NCBI RefSeq assembly: GCF_013365435.1
Contig: NZ_CP046577.1
Location: 120,001 to 152,000, forward strand
Origin: Wolbachia endosymbiont of Litomosoides sigmodontis
GTDB taxonomy: Bacteria; Pseudomonadota; Alphaproteobacteria; Rickettsiales; Anaplasmataceae
Direction: 5' to 3'
Length of the DNA stretch: 32,000 bases
Part shown: one piece after another, positions 19,681 through 29,242 of the stretch
How the letters are laid out: every line of letters starts with the position of its first letter
How positions within the stretch are numbered: position 1 is the first letter of the stretch
The notes under the pieces: generated by a model
Told to the model about the DNA's origin: nothing
The model's input: the letters and a program-made list of their open reading frames with translations, nothing else
Database searches by the model: none
Translations under genes and position numbers: made by a program

Positions 19681-20034
19681 TTAATCATTTATAACCTTTG
19701 GCACTACAAAATATCCATATTCATGTTTTGTATTGGATAGTATTTCCTCTTTAATGTTCTGGGAATTGATAATGTCGTCGCGTACATGAATGTTCTTATC
19801 TACACTGCCATAGCGCATAGGGGAAACGTCTTTAGTATTAACTTGTAATAAAATGTTATGTATCCAATCCAACATTGTCAGTTCTTTAGAGTAATGCTCG
19901 ATTTCGTCATTTGATAACTTAATTCTTACAAGCTGTGCGATTTTAAGCATTTCTTCCTTAGTGATTGTTACTTTTCTCTTGTCTACAAATTCTATTAGCG
20001 AAGTGATAACATCTTCTGCTGACCTAGTTTGCAT
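19681..20034 (-). CDS. gatC: Asp/Glu-tRNA(Asn/Gln) amidotransferase subunit C
   Basis: The core is GatC-like: ITKEEMLKIAQLVRIKLSNDEIEHYSKELTMLDWIHNILLQVNTKDVSPM. The only ATG upstream of this core gives a roughly 20-aa N-terminal extension and an 11-nt overlap with prs, so the true start is uncertain. Confidence 0.8.
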   Translation of the reverse strand: MQTRSAEDVITSLIEFVDKRKVTITKEEMLKIAQLVRIKLSNDEIEHYSKELTMLDWIHNILLQVNTKDVSPMRYGSVDKNIHVRDDIINSQNIKEEILSNTKHEYGYFVVPKVIND

Positions 20035-20950
20035 CTTTACCTCCTTGAATGAAGTGAGTTAAAATATTTGCAATTGAAATAATTTTTATTTTATCACTTT
20101 TTTCAAGTTTGTGAAATATGGTATCTGTAATCACTAGCTTGTCTAGAGAGGAGAAAGAGATTTTTTCAATTGCATTTCCTGAAAGGATGCCATGTGTTAT
20201 GCATGAAATTACAGACCTTGCTCCATGATTTTTTAAAGTGAGGGCTGCATTACATAACGTTCCACCGGAATCGACTATATCATCAACAATGACACAATTT
20301 TTATTTGCAGCTTCTCCTATTACATTCATTACCTGAGATGTGCCTACTTTCTCTCTGAATTTATCTATTACGATAATCTTATCACTCAATTTTACCTTGT
20401 ACTTTTTCTCTAAAATCTTTGCAAAAGCACGTGCTCTACTGATTGCTCCAATATCTGGTGCGACTATTGCCAAGTTCTCTGTATGTATAGAGTCAGTGAA
20501 TGCTTCAAAACAACTCAAATTAGTTAGCGGTATATCAAAAAACCCTTCAATTTGACTTGAGTGCAAATCAATGACTGCAATACTGTTTACACCTGCAGTC
20601 TGAATGAGATTTGCAACTAGTTTGGCATTCAAGGCAGATTGCATATTGTTATTTTTAATAATTCTATCCTGTCTACTATATCCATAGTAGGGAATAATTG
20701 TTGTGATTCTTTTAGTTCCTGACCTCTTTACTGCATCAATTATGAACAGAAGCTCCATAAGGTTGTCATTCATAGGGGGAGAAATGGATTGTATTATGTA
20801 TACCTCTTTACCGCAGAGGTTACTTTCCACTTCCACATTTATTGCACCATCGGCAAATTTTGACACCTGAGTAAGGGATAGCTGGACATTTAGCTTATTA
20901 GCTATTAATTTTCTTAGTTCTTTACTAGCACTACCTATTATTATTTTCAT
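20024..20950 (-). CDS. prs: Ribose-phosphate pyrophosphokinase (PRPP synthetase)
   Basis: PRPP-binding loop VIVDDIVDSGGTL, plus YYGYSRQDR and DLHSSQIEGFF. The tracked ORF starts at TTG 20959; ATG 20950 (MKIIIGSASKEL) is the more likely start. Confidence 0.93.
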   Translation of the reverse strand: MKIIIGSASKELRKLIANKLNVQLSLTQVSKFADGAINVEVESNLCGKEVYIIQSISPPMNDNLMELLFIIDAVKRSGTKRITTIIPYYGYSRQDRIIKNNNMQSALNAKLVANLIQTAGVNSIAVIDLHSSQIEGFFDIPLTNLSCFEAFTDSIHTENLAIVAPDIGAISRARAFAKILEKKYKVKLSDKIIVIDKFREKVGTSQVMNVIGEAANKNCVIVDDIVDSGGTLCNAALTLKNHGARSVISCITHGILSGNAIEKISFSSLDKLVITDTIFHKLEKSDKIKIISIANILTHFIQGGKDAN

Positions 20951-21542
20951 GATTATCAATTAAACTTGAAAGATTATACAAGAATTATGAGATAATAGAA
21001 ATGAATTTCTTTATTTTTGACATTCTTGTCAGAAGATTGGTTGCACAGCTACCAGTCATTTAGTAACTCACAGGAATATAAAACTACTTAACAAACCTTG
21101 CCCCAACTCTCTTGCCTAGCACTGAAGGTGTCCAGTTATCTTCAATCTTTATAAATAAAATGACGAGCTATTATATAATTAGCATCTTGTATTTGATTTT
21201 TTGCACTATGTAGCCTTATGGCTTTACAACATTTCTAGATTTTTACCTAATATAAGCTGAAATGTGCTTGTAAAGTGTTTAAGGCAGTATAGAATGCTAA
21301 TTTATAGATTGGAGAGTGAACACTATCTAACACAGGTTTTCTTCTGCTTTTTTTTCTTTTTGGTAAATTTCTTAATATTTGCTACTATCATCGTTTCGTT
21401 ACTTATTAGCTGGACCTAGGGATACCACGTGAGTGAATTACAGTACGACTAACTTTACTCAGCGTCAAGTGCTGGAATGACACTTTATATTGTATAAGTT
21501 ATCTCACACAATAAATGTTTGTACAGCTATAGTTGTGATGTG

Positions 21543-22634
21543 TAATACTAATTCTCATTGTTAATAGATCAAATAAGTGACATTTTAAAGTTGTTTAATT
21601 GCAGAGTGAAAAAGAAGGTAATAAATTTACATAAAATATTCTCAAGTAAAGCAACTGTGTTATAGACTTTACTACGTAAAATGTTCTATTTTATATACAA
21701 CCAAAATCTCTTAATGGGATTGAGTTTAGATAAATATGGTGGCAAGTGTATAATCTTGATATTTTTAGGTGTCTTTAAATTTTTTAACTTATATCAACTA
21801 GCACAATCAATGACAAGAAAGGCTTCTCGTGTTCTTGAATATTGTGATATTTGCTCAAGAAATATATTTATATAATCAGTGTTGACACTTGGTGCAAATA
21901 AACAACTAGGACTTTTTTCATCTTATTAAGATTAACTGCGCTGTAGAGATAAAAAGTTTTTTACTTATCTCTCTAATTTTACTTTAACCCATGTTCTAGC
22001 GCCCTTTTTAAGTTATCCATGTCCAACTTTCAAATGTGTGACAAATTGCGATTTATCAAAAAAAGATGACTCTATTAGGTTTTTTAGCTTTTTCTGTCTA
22101 CCTTTATCTTCTTGTTTATTATAAATTGGTCTTAGCGAATATACGAAAACTTCATTTTTGCGTATTATGATATAATGTAGCCTTGCTAACATTTAAGCTA
22201 AATTTTTCCTGGGTTCTTATTTTTATTTCTTTAATGGTAATATTATGATTTTCTTGTATCAATACTTCAACTTATTCAAATTGATTCTGATTCAATCTAA
22301 TTTTTTTTCGATGTTGAAGAAAAGCAAACTATTTTTTTTCTCTTCTAAATTTTGGATACTTTGTCTACGCAGTTAGTGCTATTTCTTGAAATGAAACTTA
22401 TTTTTGCTAAGGCCGTTATACTATGCTTTTTGCTGCAATTACAGCATTTAATTTTTTTGTAATATATGTGCTATTTCACACTTTTTTCAGCATTTCTTTT
22501 GCCGATTTCACGACTTTTTTTTATCCAATAATTTTGATTGCAATGCCATTTAAACCTTGCTATTTTATTTACTTTGGTATGACTTCTTTCCCATTGTTGC
22601 CTATCCGTTCCTTTTATAGCGGGAATTGATATTA
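21543..22634 (-). mobile_element. Full-length dead IS630-family element (left and core part of foldback composite 2)
   Basis: About 1.09 kb, running from tgTA|ATACTAATTCTCATTGTTAATAG.. to ..CGGGAATTGATAT|TA. The minus-strand translation gives MGKKSYQSK.., ..LNQNQFE*VEVLIQENHNITIKEIKIRTQEKFSLNVSKA.., ..FVTHLKVGHG*LKKGARTWVKVKL.., ..PPYLSKLNPIKRFWLYIK*NILRSKVYNT.., with more than 15 stops. Confidence 0.88.
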
Positions 22635-23079
22635 GAACACAAGTTAAGGTAAAATTAAGTGGAAAATTTTTTTATTTTCAGTATAGTTAATCTTAGAAAT
22701 AGGGGGAGTTTTAGCTTATTTATACCGAATGTTAACATTGATTGTATGTAAAGTAGTTTCTTGAACAAATGTCACAATATTTAAGAATAAGAGAAACCTT
22801 TCTTGTCATTGATTGTGCTAGTTAATATAAGTTGAAAAATTTAAAGACACCTAAAAATATCAAGATTATACACTTATTGCCATGCTCACCATAGCTCAAT
22901 CTTATTAAGAGACTTTAGTTGTATATAAAAATAGAACATTTTATGTAGCAAAGTCTATAACATAATTGCTTTGCTTGAGAGCACTCTGTGTAAATTTATC
23001 ATCTCTCTGTTCTCACTCTGCAATTAAACAACTTTACAATGTTACTTATTTGACCTATTAACAATGAGAATTAGTATTA
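22635..23079 (+). mobile_element. Inverted partial copy (3' about 445 bp) of the same IS, forming the right arm of foldback composite 2
   Basis: By eye it is the reverse complement of about 21545-21990. It ends ..CAATGAGAATTAGTAT|TA at 23077/23079, which is the inverted image of the left outer end at 21545. Confidence 0.85.
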
Positions 23080-23166
23080 GAATGAGATGAGCTAAATTAA
23101 GGTGTAATCTAGGTTAGAGTAAAAATTTAAAGTCTTTTCACTTATATCTTAACTATACCTCTGTGT

Positions 23167-24987
23167 CTATTCTTTATTATTGACGCATTTAATGATAACT
23201 TCTGCTAACCCCTTACTAATTCTAGCTATATTTTGAATTTCAGCTAGAGAAGCTTTGCTTATATTTTCTATTGAGCCAAAATGATGCATCAAAGCATTTT
23301 TTCTTTTGTTGCCAATGCCAGTTATTTTGCTTAACGGTGAAATAAAAAACTGCTTATCACGTTTTTTTCTGTGCGAAGTTATTGCAAAACGATGAGCTTC
23401 GTTACGTAGCGATTGTAGGTAAAGCATGAGTTTGCTGTTATTTTCCAAAGTAAAATCTTCTCTGTTTGGCATATAAAATCTCTCATTTTCTGCATTGCGG
23501 TAAGAGCCTTTTGCTATGCAAGCAAAAGGAACGTTTATATTTAATGTGTTTAACACATTCTGTACTACGGAAATATGTCCTGGACCACCGTCAATTAGTA
23601 GAAAGTCAGGGATTACGTCCTTTATATTACCGGAGAAACGTCTGGTTAGCACTTCCTTCATCATTTTGTAATCATCTCCTAAAATTTCTTCTTTGATAGT
23701 AAATTTTCTGTATTCACTTTTTAAAAAGCCTTCTTTTCTTGCAACAATCATGACACCGACTTGTTGATTTCCAGATGTATGGCTATTATCATAAACTTCG
23801 ACACGTCTTGGAATATTTGGTAACAGAAAAACTTTGCTAAGCTCTTCAAGTTTTTCTAGATTATTTTTATAATCAGCAAGCTTTTGTTCTAAACTATGCT
23901 GTGAGTTATCGTAAACAAATTTTAATAAATTACGTTCTTTTTTACTTTTTGCGTGTAGGGTTTTTATTGGTTTTCGAGTAACGTTACGTAGTGCTTGCTC
24001 TACAATTTCCTCATCGGTAACAAAGTCAGGAATATAAATTTGTGTTGGAGCTATGTTAACTGAATTGTACAAATTGATCAAAAAGGTGGATAAAATTTCA
24101 TCATCTAGATGATCACTACAGTTCTCAATAAAGTAAGGAGTGCTTCCATAATTGTTTTTATTTCTAAATGATAATACACCAATACACGCTAGATCCTCTT
24201 TACGTGCAATACTAAAAAAATCTGCATCTTTTTCAAAAGAAAAATCCATTGGCCGCATTTGAATTTGCTTAAGAAATTTTAACCGATCTCTATATACAGC
24301 AGCGGACTTATAATTTTCTTCTTTGCTAAATTTTTCCATTGTAGAGGATAACTGTTTTTTTACTTTCTCATTCCTTCCAAGTAATGTGTCTCGTGCTTGT
24401 TTTACTGATTGATAATAATCATCTTTTGTTATTTTGTCTACGCATGGTGCTGAGCAGCGTTTGATCTGATATTCAATACATGGCCTTTTTGTTGAGGAAA
24501 AATATTGATCTGAACATATTCTCAGAAGAAAAGCCTTTTGTAATGATAATATAGTTTGCTTAACTGCAGTGGTAGATGTAAATGGACCATAATAGTACAG
24601 TCCATCTTTTTTAAATTTTCCTCTATATTGGGCTATTCTTGGGTAGTCGTGCTTGGAAATTGTTATATAAGGATAGGATTTTCCATCCTTAAGCACAATA
24701 TTGTAAGGTGGCTTCAGTGATTTGATTAATCGTGCTTCAAGAAGTAGTGCATCTATTTCATTATTAGTAATAAGTGTTTTTATCTTAATAATTTGCGAGA
24801 GCATGAATTTAATTCGTTCAGAAAGGTTTTCATATCGAAGGTAATTTGATAATCTTGATTTTAAGTTTTTTGCCTTTCCAACATATAAAACTTTATCTTT
24901 ATCTCCAATCATTTGGTACACGCCACAAGATTGTGGAGATGATTCGATTTGTTTTTTTATTGCTTGAACATTTATAACATAGCCCAT
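23167..24987 (-). CDS. uvrC: Excinuclease ABC subunit C
   Basis: 606 aa with an N-terminal GIY-YIG domain (GVYQMIGDKDKVLYVGKAKNLKSRLSNY), a central UvrBC/Cys region, a C-terminal RNase H-like endonuclease, and an (HhH)2 region (ITGIGNKRKNALMHHFGSIENISKASLAEI). Confidence 0.95.
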   Translation of the reverse strand: MGYVINVQAIKKQIESSPQSCGVYQMIGDKDKVLYVGKAKNLKSRLSNYLRYENLSERIKFMLSQIIKIKTLITNNEIDALLLEARLIKSLKPPYNIVLKDGKSYPYITISKHDYPRIAQYRGKFKKDGLYYYGPFTSTTAVKQTILSLQKAFLLRICSDQYFSSTKRPCIEYQIKRCSAPCVDKITKDDYYQSVKQARDTLLGRNEKVKKQLSSTMEKFSKEENYKSAAVYRDRLKFLKQIQMRPMDFSFEKDADFFSIARKEDLACIGVLSFRNKNNYGSTPYFIENCSDHLDDEILSTFLINLYNSVNIAPTQIYIPDFVTDEEIVEQALRNVTRKPIKTLHAKSKKERNLLKFVYDNSQHSLEQKLADYKNNLEKLEELSKVFLLPNIPRRVEVYDNSHTSGNQQVGVMIVARKEGFLKSEYRKFTIKEEILGDDYKMMKEVLTRRFSGNIKDVIPDFLLIDGGPGHISVVQNVLNTLNINVPFACIAKGSYRNAENERFYMPNREDFTLENNSKLMLYLQSLRNEAHRFAITSHRKKRDKQFFISPLSKITGIGNKRKNALMHHFGSIENISKASLAEIQNIARISKGLAEVIIKCVNNKE

Positions 24988-24995
24988 TGTTTAAC

Positions 24996-27080
24996 TTATA
25001 TGAGGTTAAAATGTGCTACTAAATGAAATGTGGAAATTACATTAGCAAGCAAAGATAATTTATTTTTTCTTAATTTATCAGAAGCACAGTTAATCTTTAC
25101 ACTGTCCATAAATTGATTAATAAATGGGATGAACTGAGTAAGTTCATTAAGCGCTGCATTAAAGTCGTCACTTTTTATTGCTTGTTTAATGCTTCTACAA
25201 GCAATTATAGCATAATCTGATAATGCGATTCCTTCACTTTCAATAAAAAACTTCTTATTATAGGGCATGCTGTAAGCAGTATTATCATTTTTTTCTGCTT
25301 TGTTAACTATGTTATTAACCCTTTTATAAGTGCTCAGAATCTGCTCGCCTTCGGGCGTACTAAGATAACGATCCAATATAATAGTTTGCTTTTCTGCTGT
25401 GAGCAGATCATTAATATCATCTTTATATAATATTGAATCTACAATGCCTTGCCTTATATCTCTGTTTTTTAAAATGACCTTGAATCTTTCTAAGCAAAAC
25501 TTAAGTACCAGCTCTGCTCTAGTTAATTTATTGGGACAATCAACTGATGTTGCATCTTTAGTAAATGCAAGTTTGGGGTATAAAGATATTGATTTGTTTA
25601 TTAATGGCTTGATTGGAATATACAAATTATTTTCGAGTATTGTTCTGATTATACTTATTGCCATTCTTCGCAGACCAAATTGATCGTATGAGCCGGAAAT
25701 TTTTTCACCTGCTGCAATTAAACCAACCAAGCTATCTACCTTATCAGCGATAGATATAACAATTGCGGTAGAAGACTTGGAACATTCTTGCTCTGGTCTA
25801 ATTGGCTTATAATGTTCTGTTATAGCTTCCACTATTTCCTCGTCTTCTTGGAAATAAGAAGCATAATATCCACCCATTATTCCTTGCAATTCTGGAAATT
25901 CTTTTACTATTAATGTTGCTAGATCAGCTTTTGCTAAATATGCAGCACGCTCAATTTTGGTTAGTGAGGCACGTGGAACATATATTGCTATATATTTTGA
26001 TAAAGTTATAATGCGTTTTACTTTTTCTCCAACACTACCGAGAGAACCATGAAATAGTATAGAGTCTAATTTTTTGACATAATAATCCAAGTTTTCCTTT
26101 TTGTCCTGAGATATCAAAAATTGGGCATCAGCAAGACGAGCTTCCAATATCTTTGCGTGTCCTTTAACAACTTCATCATTGTTAACGTTTACAACAGTAA
26201 TAAAATGTGAGATTTTCTGTCCACTGCTCAAAGCAAGATACCTTTGCTGTGTATTAATTATGCTAAGGATTACTTCCTTTGGTAATCTCAATGATTTCTC
26301 TTGGTTCACTTCACCAAATAGTACAATTGGCCACTCTATAAGTCCTGTTAATTCATTTAGTAAATAATCATTTTTTTCAAGTTGTAGATTCCGCTCCTTT
26401 GCAAATTTGTTGATCTGATCCAGTATAAATTGCTTTCTTTTGTCCGGCTGAAGGATTACGTTGCTTTTCTCTAGCAATTCAAAATAGTCTTTAGGTGTTT
26501 TAACAGTTAATGCTGTGTCACTTGAGAAAGACCTATGGCCATATGTTGTATTGCATGCTGTTATTCCTGCAAAAGATACAGGTATTATCTCGTTATTTAA
26601 AATACATAAAATGTTTTTAATTGGCCTAACCCATCTTTCTTTCCTTTCACTCCACCTCATGCTTTTTGGCCAAGAGAAATTTTTGAGCATTTCCTCTAGT
26701 TGCCTTTTGAGAAATTCTCTTATGTTAAATGAGCAAACGTCCTTTTTAATACAGTAAAAGTCTGCATTATTCACTTTGCGAACGAATAGATCTGTTTTGT
26801 TTTTTTTATTCTTCCTTAAAAAACCTTCGATGGCCCTTTTGGACGCGTTGACATTTGGTCCTTTAATTTCATCATTGGAGCTTTTTAGCCTAGAGATGCT
26901 TATATTGTCAACAAAAAGGGTGATGCGACGTGCCGTTATAAAAACTTCTATAGATGCAAATTTCACATTGTTTTTATTGAGGGCATTGGTGATGTAACTC
27001 TTAACTTGAGCTGCAGCTGAGTTCTGCATTCTTGATGGTATTTCTTCTGAAAGACATTCAAACAACAATTGTGACGACAT
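24996..27080 (-). CDS. glyS: Glycine--tRNA ligase beta subunit
   Basis: 694 aa with the GlyS-typical N-terminus MSSQLLFECLSEEIPSRMQ. It lies 3 nt after glyQ and 8 nt before uvrC. Confidence 0.93.
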   Translation of the reverse strand: MSSQLLFECLSEEIPSRMQNSAAAQVKSYITNALNKNNVKFASIEVFITARRITLFVDNISISRLKSSNDEIKGPNVNASKRAIEGFLRKNKKNKTDLFVRKVNNADFYCIKKDVCSFNIREFLKRQLEEMLKNFSWPKSMRWSERKERWVRPIKNILCILNNEIIPVSFAGITACNTTYGHRSFSSDTALTVKTPKDYFELLEKSNVILQPDKRKQFILDQINKFAKERNLQLEKNDYLLNELTGLIEWPIVLFGEVNQEKSLRLPKEVILSIINTQQRYLALSSGQKISHFITVVNVNNDEVVKGHAKILEARLADAQFLISQDKKENLDYYVKKLDSILFHGSLGSVGEKVKRIITLSKYIAIYVPRASLTKIERAAYLAKADLATLIVKEFPELQGIMGGYYASYFQEDEEIVEAITEHYKPIRPEQECSKSSTAIVISIADKVDSLVGLIAAGEKISGSYDQFGLRRMAISIIRTILENNLYIPIKPLINKSISLYPKLAFTKDATSVDCPNKLTRAELVLKFCLERFKVILKNRDIRQGIVDSILYKDDINDLLTAEKQTIILDRYLSTPEGEQILSTYKRVNNIVNKAEKNDNTAYSMPYNKKFFIESEGIALSDYAIIACRSIKQAIKSDDFNAALNELTQFIPFINQFMDSVKINCASDKLRKNKLSLLANVISTFHLVAHFNLI

Positions 27081-27083
27081 ATA

Positions 27084-27923
27084 TTACTTACTCATGTATA
27101 ATTCACAACATTTTTTTGTGAGCTCTCTCACTCTACTAATATATGCTGTGCGTTCATTCATACCAAGTACACCTCTTGCATCAAGCAGATTAAGTAAATG
27201 ACTGGTTTTAACACATTGGTCGTAAGCTGCTACCGGTAACTCTTTTTCAATAAGAAATTTACACAGTTTTTCTGTATCTTCAAATTGCTGTTGCACTACC
27301 TCAGTATTATAATAGTCTAATGCCAGGGAAGAAAATTCATACTCTCTTTGCTTGAAAATATCTCCATAAGTTACACCACTATCGTTCCACGTTATGTCAT
27401 AAACATTATTTACACCTTGTATGCACATCGCTAAACGTTCTAACCCATACGCCACTTCACCAGGGATTATCTTACAATCAATACCTCCTACTTGTTGTAT
27501 ATAAGTTAGTTGTGTTACTTCCATTCCATTACATATTACTTCCCAACCAAGTCCTGATGCACCGACACTTGGATTTTCCCAATCATCTTCAATAAACTTA
27601 ATATCATATTTTTCTATGGATATGCCAAGAGCTTTTAAGCTACTTAAATAGACATCTTGTAAATTGTTGCCAGAAGGTTTGATTATAACCTGGTATTGAT
27701 GGTGTTGGTATAAGCGATTAGGGTTATTACCATAGCGCCCATCTGCTGGTCTAATTACTGGTTGTAGATATGCAATTTTCGTTGGTTTTATATCAATTGC
27801 TGACATGATTGTTGCAGAATGCAATGTTCCAGCTCCAATTTCAGACGTATATGGGTGAAGTATGGTACATCCTTTACCAGCCCAAAAATTTTGTAATTCT
27901 TTTATTATGCTTTGTAAATTCAC
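27084..27923 (-). CDS. glyQ: Glycine--tRNA ligase alpha subunit
   Basis: 279 aa with a GTG start and highly conserved GlyQ strings: LQNFWAGKGC, QPVIRPADGRYGNNPNRLYQHHQYQVIIKP, WENPSVGASGLGWEV, EVTQLTYIQQVGG, and YGLERLAM. Confidence 0.95.
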   Translation of the reverse strand: MNLQSIIKELQNFWAGKGCTILHPYTSEIGAGTLHSATIMSAIDIKPTKIAYLQPVIRPADGRYGNNPNRLYQHHQYQVIIKPSGNNLQDVYLSSLKALGISIEKYDIKFIEDDWENPSVGASGLGWEVICNGMEVTQLTYIQQVGGIDCKIIPGEVAYGLERLAMCIQGVNNVYDITWNDSGVTYGDIFKQREYEFSSLALDYYNTEVVQQQFEDTEKLCKFLIEKELPVAAYDQCVKTSHLLNLLDARGVLGMNERTAYISRVRELTKKCCELYMSK

Positions 27924-27967
27924 GCAAACTATATACTTTTTATACTGAATATATAAATAAATAAGTA

Positions 27968-28726
27968 CTACTCAATATTTATTTTTTTAACAGTGTTATG
28001 TAAATAATCGCCTAAAAACGCCGAACTTTCTTTCATGTGCTGAATTATGCTTTTGTTTAGTATGATTGCATTATGTATAGTTAAGTCGCAGAGTATAAAT
28101 GCAGTTAAATATAGCAAAATTACTGCGTAAAACGTATGAAAAATCCCTTCAAGGGTAATTGATATTGCATTGTTATAACTTAGCTGTATTGAACTTATTG
28201 GCCAAGGTTTCATCATTTCTACAACGTTAAAAAATATGTAAGGTATTATAAAAAAGAAGAACGAGTGCATAAAATCATTAAACCAGAATGGACATTGAAG
28301 TATCTGCTTACATATATTTCCATAGAGGTTGCTCACGGTGTAGTAAATTGCCATTATTGCTGGCATTGAAAATGCAACGGTCAGTACCTGTCCTGACGCT
28401 ATTTGTATTACTATATTTTCACCACTACTTGCTGAAGGTTCATGAGCATGAAAAATAGATATTCCAACTAATTGCAGCACTAACATAACTACTGCTAACT
28501 TCATAAAAATAACAGCCACAACTATGCCAGAACTTGGCATTTTGTATAGTATAAAATTGCCTCCATATGTGAGAATTAATGTAATGTAGGTAGCAAGTAA
28601 TATTAAGAAAGAAGACCAATAGTTCTGCCAGCCTGGTAAATACCCTATTCCTAGAAAAGAACTTACTGTTTTAGCAGGAAAAATCTTGCCTAATATTTTC
28701 CCCAGAATTGTCCATAAAATTCTCAT
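27968..28726 (-). CDS. Polytopic membrane protein, distantly PgpA-like (phosphatidylglycerophosphatase A fold) with divergent motifs
   Basis: 252 aa with 6 or more hydrophobic segments. FLGIGYLPGW resembles the PgpA GxGLxPxAPGT region, and MKPWPIS matches the conserved KPWPI. The ORF is clearly real (long and uninterrupted in an AT-rich genome); the functional call is tentative. Confidence 0.55.
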   Translation of the reverse strand: MRILWTILGKILGKIFPAKTVSSFLGIGYLPGWQNYWSSFLILLATYITLILTYGGNFILYKMPSSGIVVAVIFMKLAVVMLVLQLVGISIFHAHEPSASSGENIVIQIASGQVLTVAFSMPAIMAIYYTVSNLYGNICKQILQCPFWFNDFMHSFFFFIIPYIFFNVVEMMKPWPISSIQLSYNNAISITLEGIFHTFYAVILLYLTAFILCDLTIHNAIILNKSIIQHMKESSAFLGDYLHNTVKKINIE

Positions 28727-29242
28727 ATACTTAAAGTAATGTTCAGCTAATAAGGCTATAATACTTTATTGTAATAGGCTTATCAATAGTTCAAGACATG
28801 AGAACGAGGGATTCTGTGGTGATATCAATAACTAAAGAAAAATATCAACTAAATTTGCAATCCATTGCTACTGTTTTTGCAATTTTATCGTGAAGAAATT
28901 GCTCACGCTGATTAAAGATCTTTAATAATATGATTAAGGTTAATACAATTATAAGTAGACTAAAACATTAAGCAGTGTGTAACCGATTATAAAATATAAC
29001 ACTCAGAAAGCTACTGTTTAGCTTATATTAGAGTGGTTTTTTCAAGTGTATTTTTATCTTTTGCGTGCATATAAAGTACCAATTGTCTTGGTGAAGTGTC
29101 ACTAAATTCTATATTATAAATACTAAAATGTTAATTCAAATATTAGCCTGTTACTTATATAGTTGCTGCTTTATTTAAAAGCATTTCAGCCATATTAGAG
29201 GAAGTGTAAGGTAAATTCAATGACAAGCTTTATTTCCTATGC

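Noticed and set aside
21411-21485. A GC-richer patch examined as a possible tRNA or small structured RNA.
   Set aside because: I could fold no acceptor-stem pairing, no GTTCRA T-loop and no D-loop consensus. No other intergenic region in the window shows a T-loop motif either, so I report no tRNA in the window.
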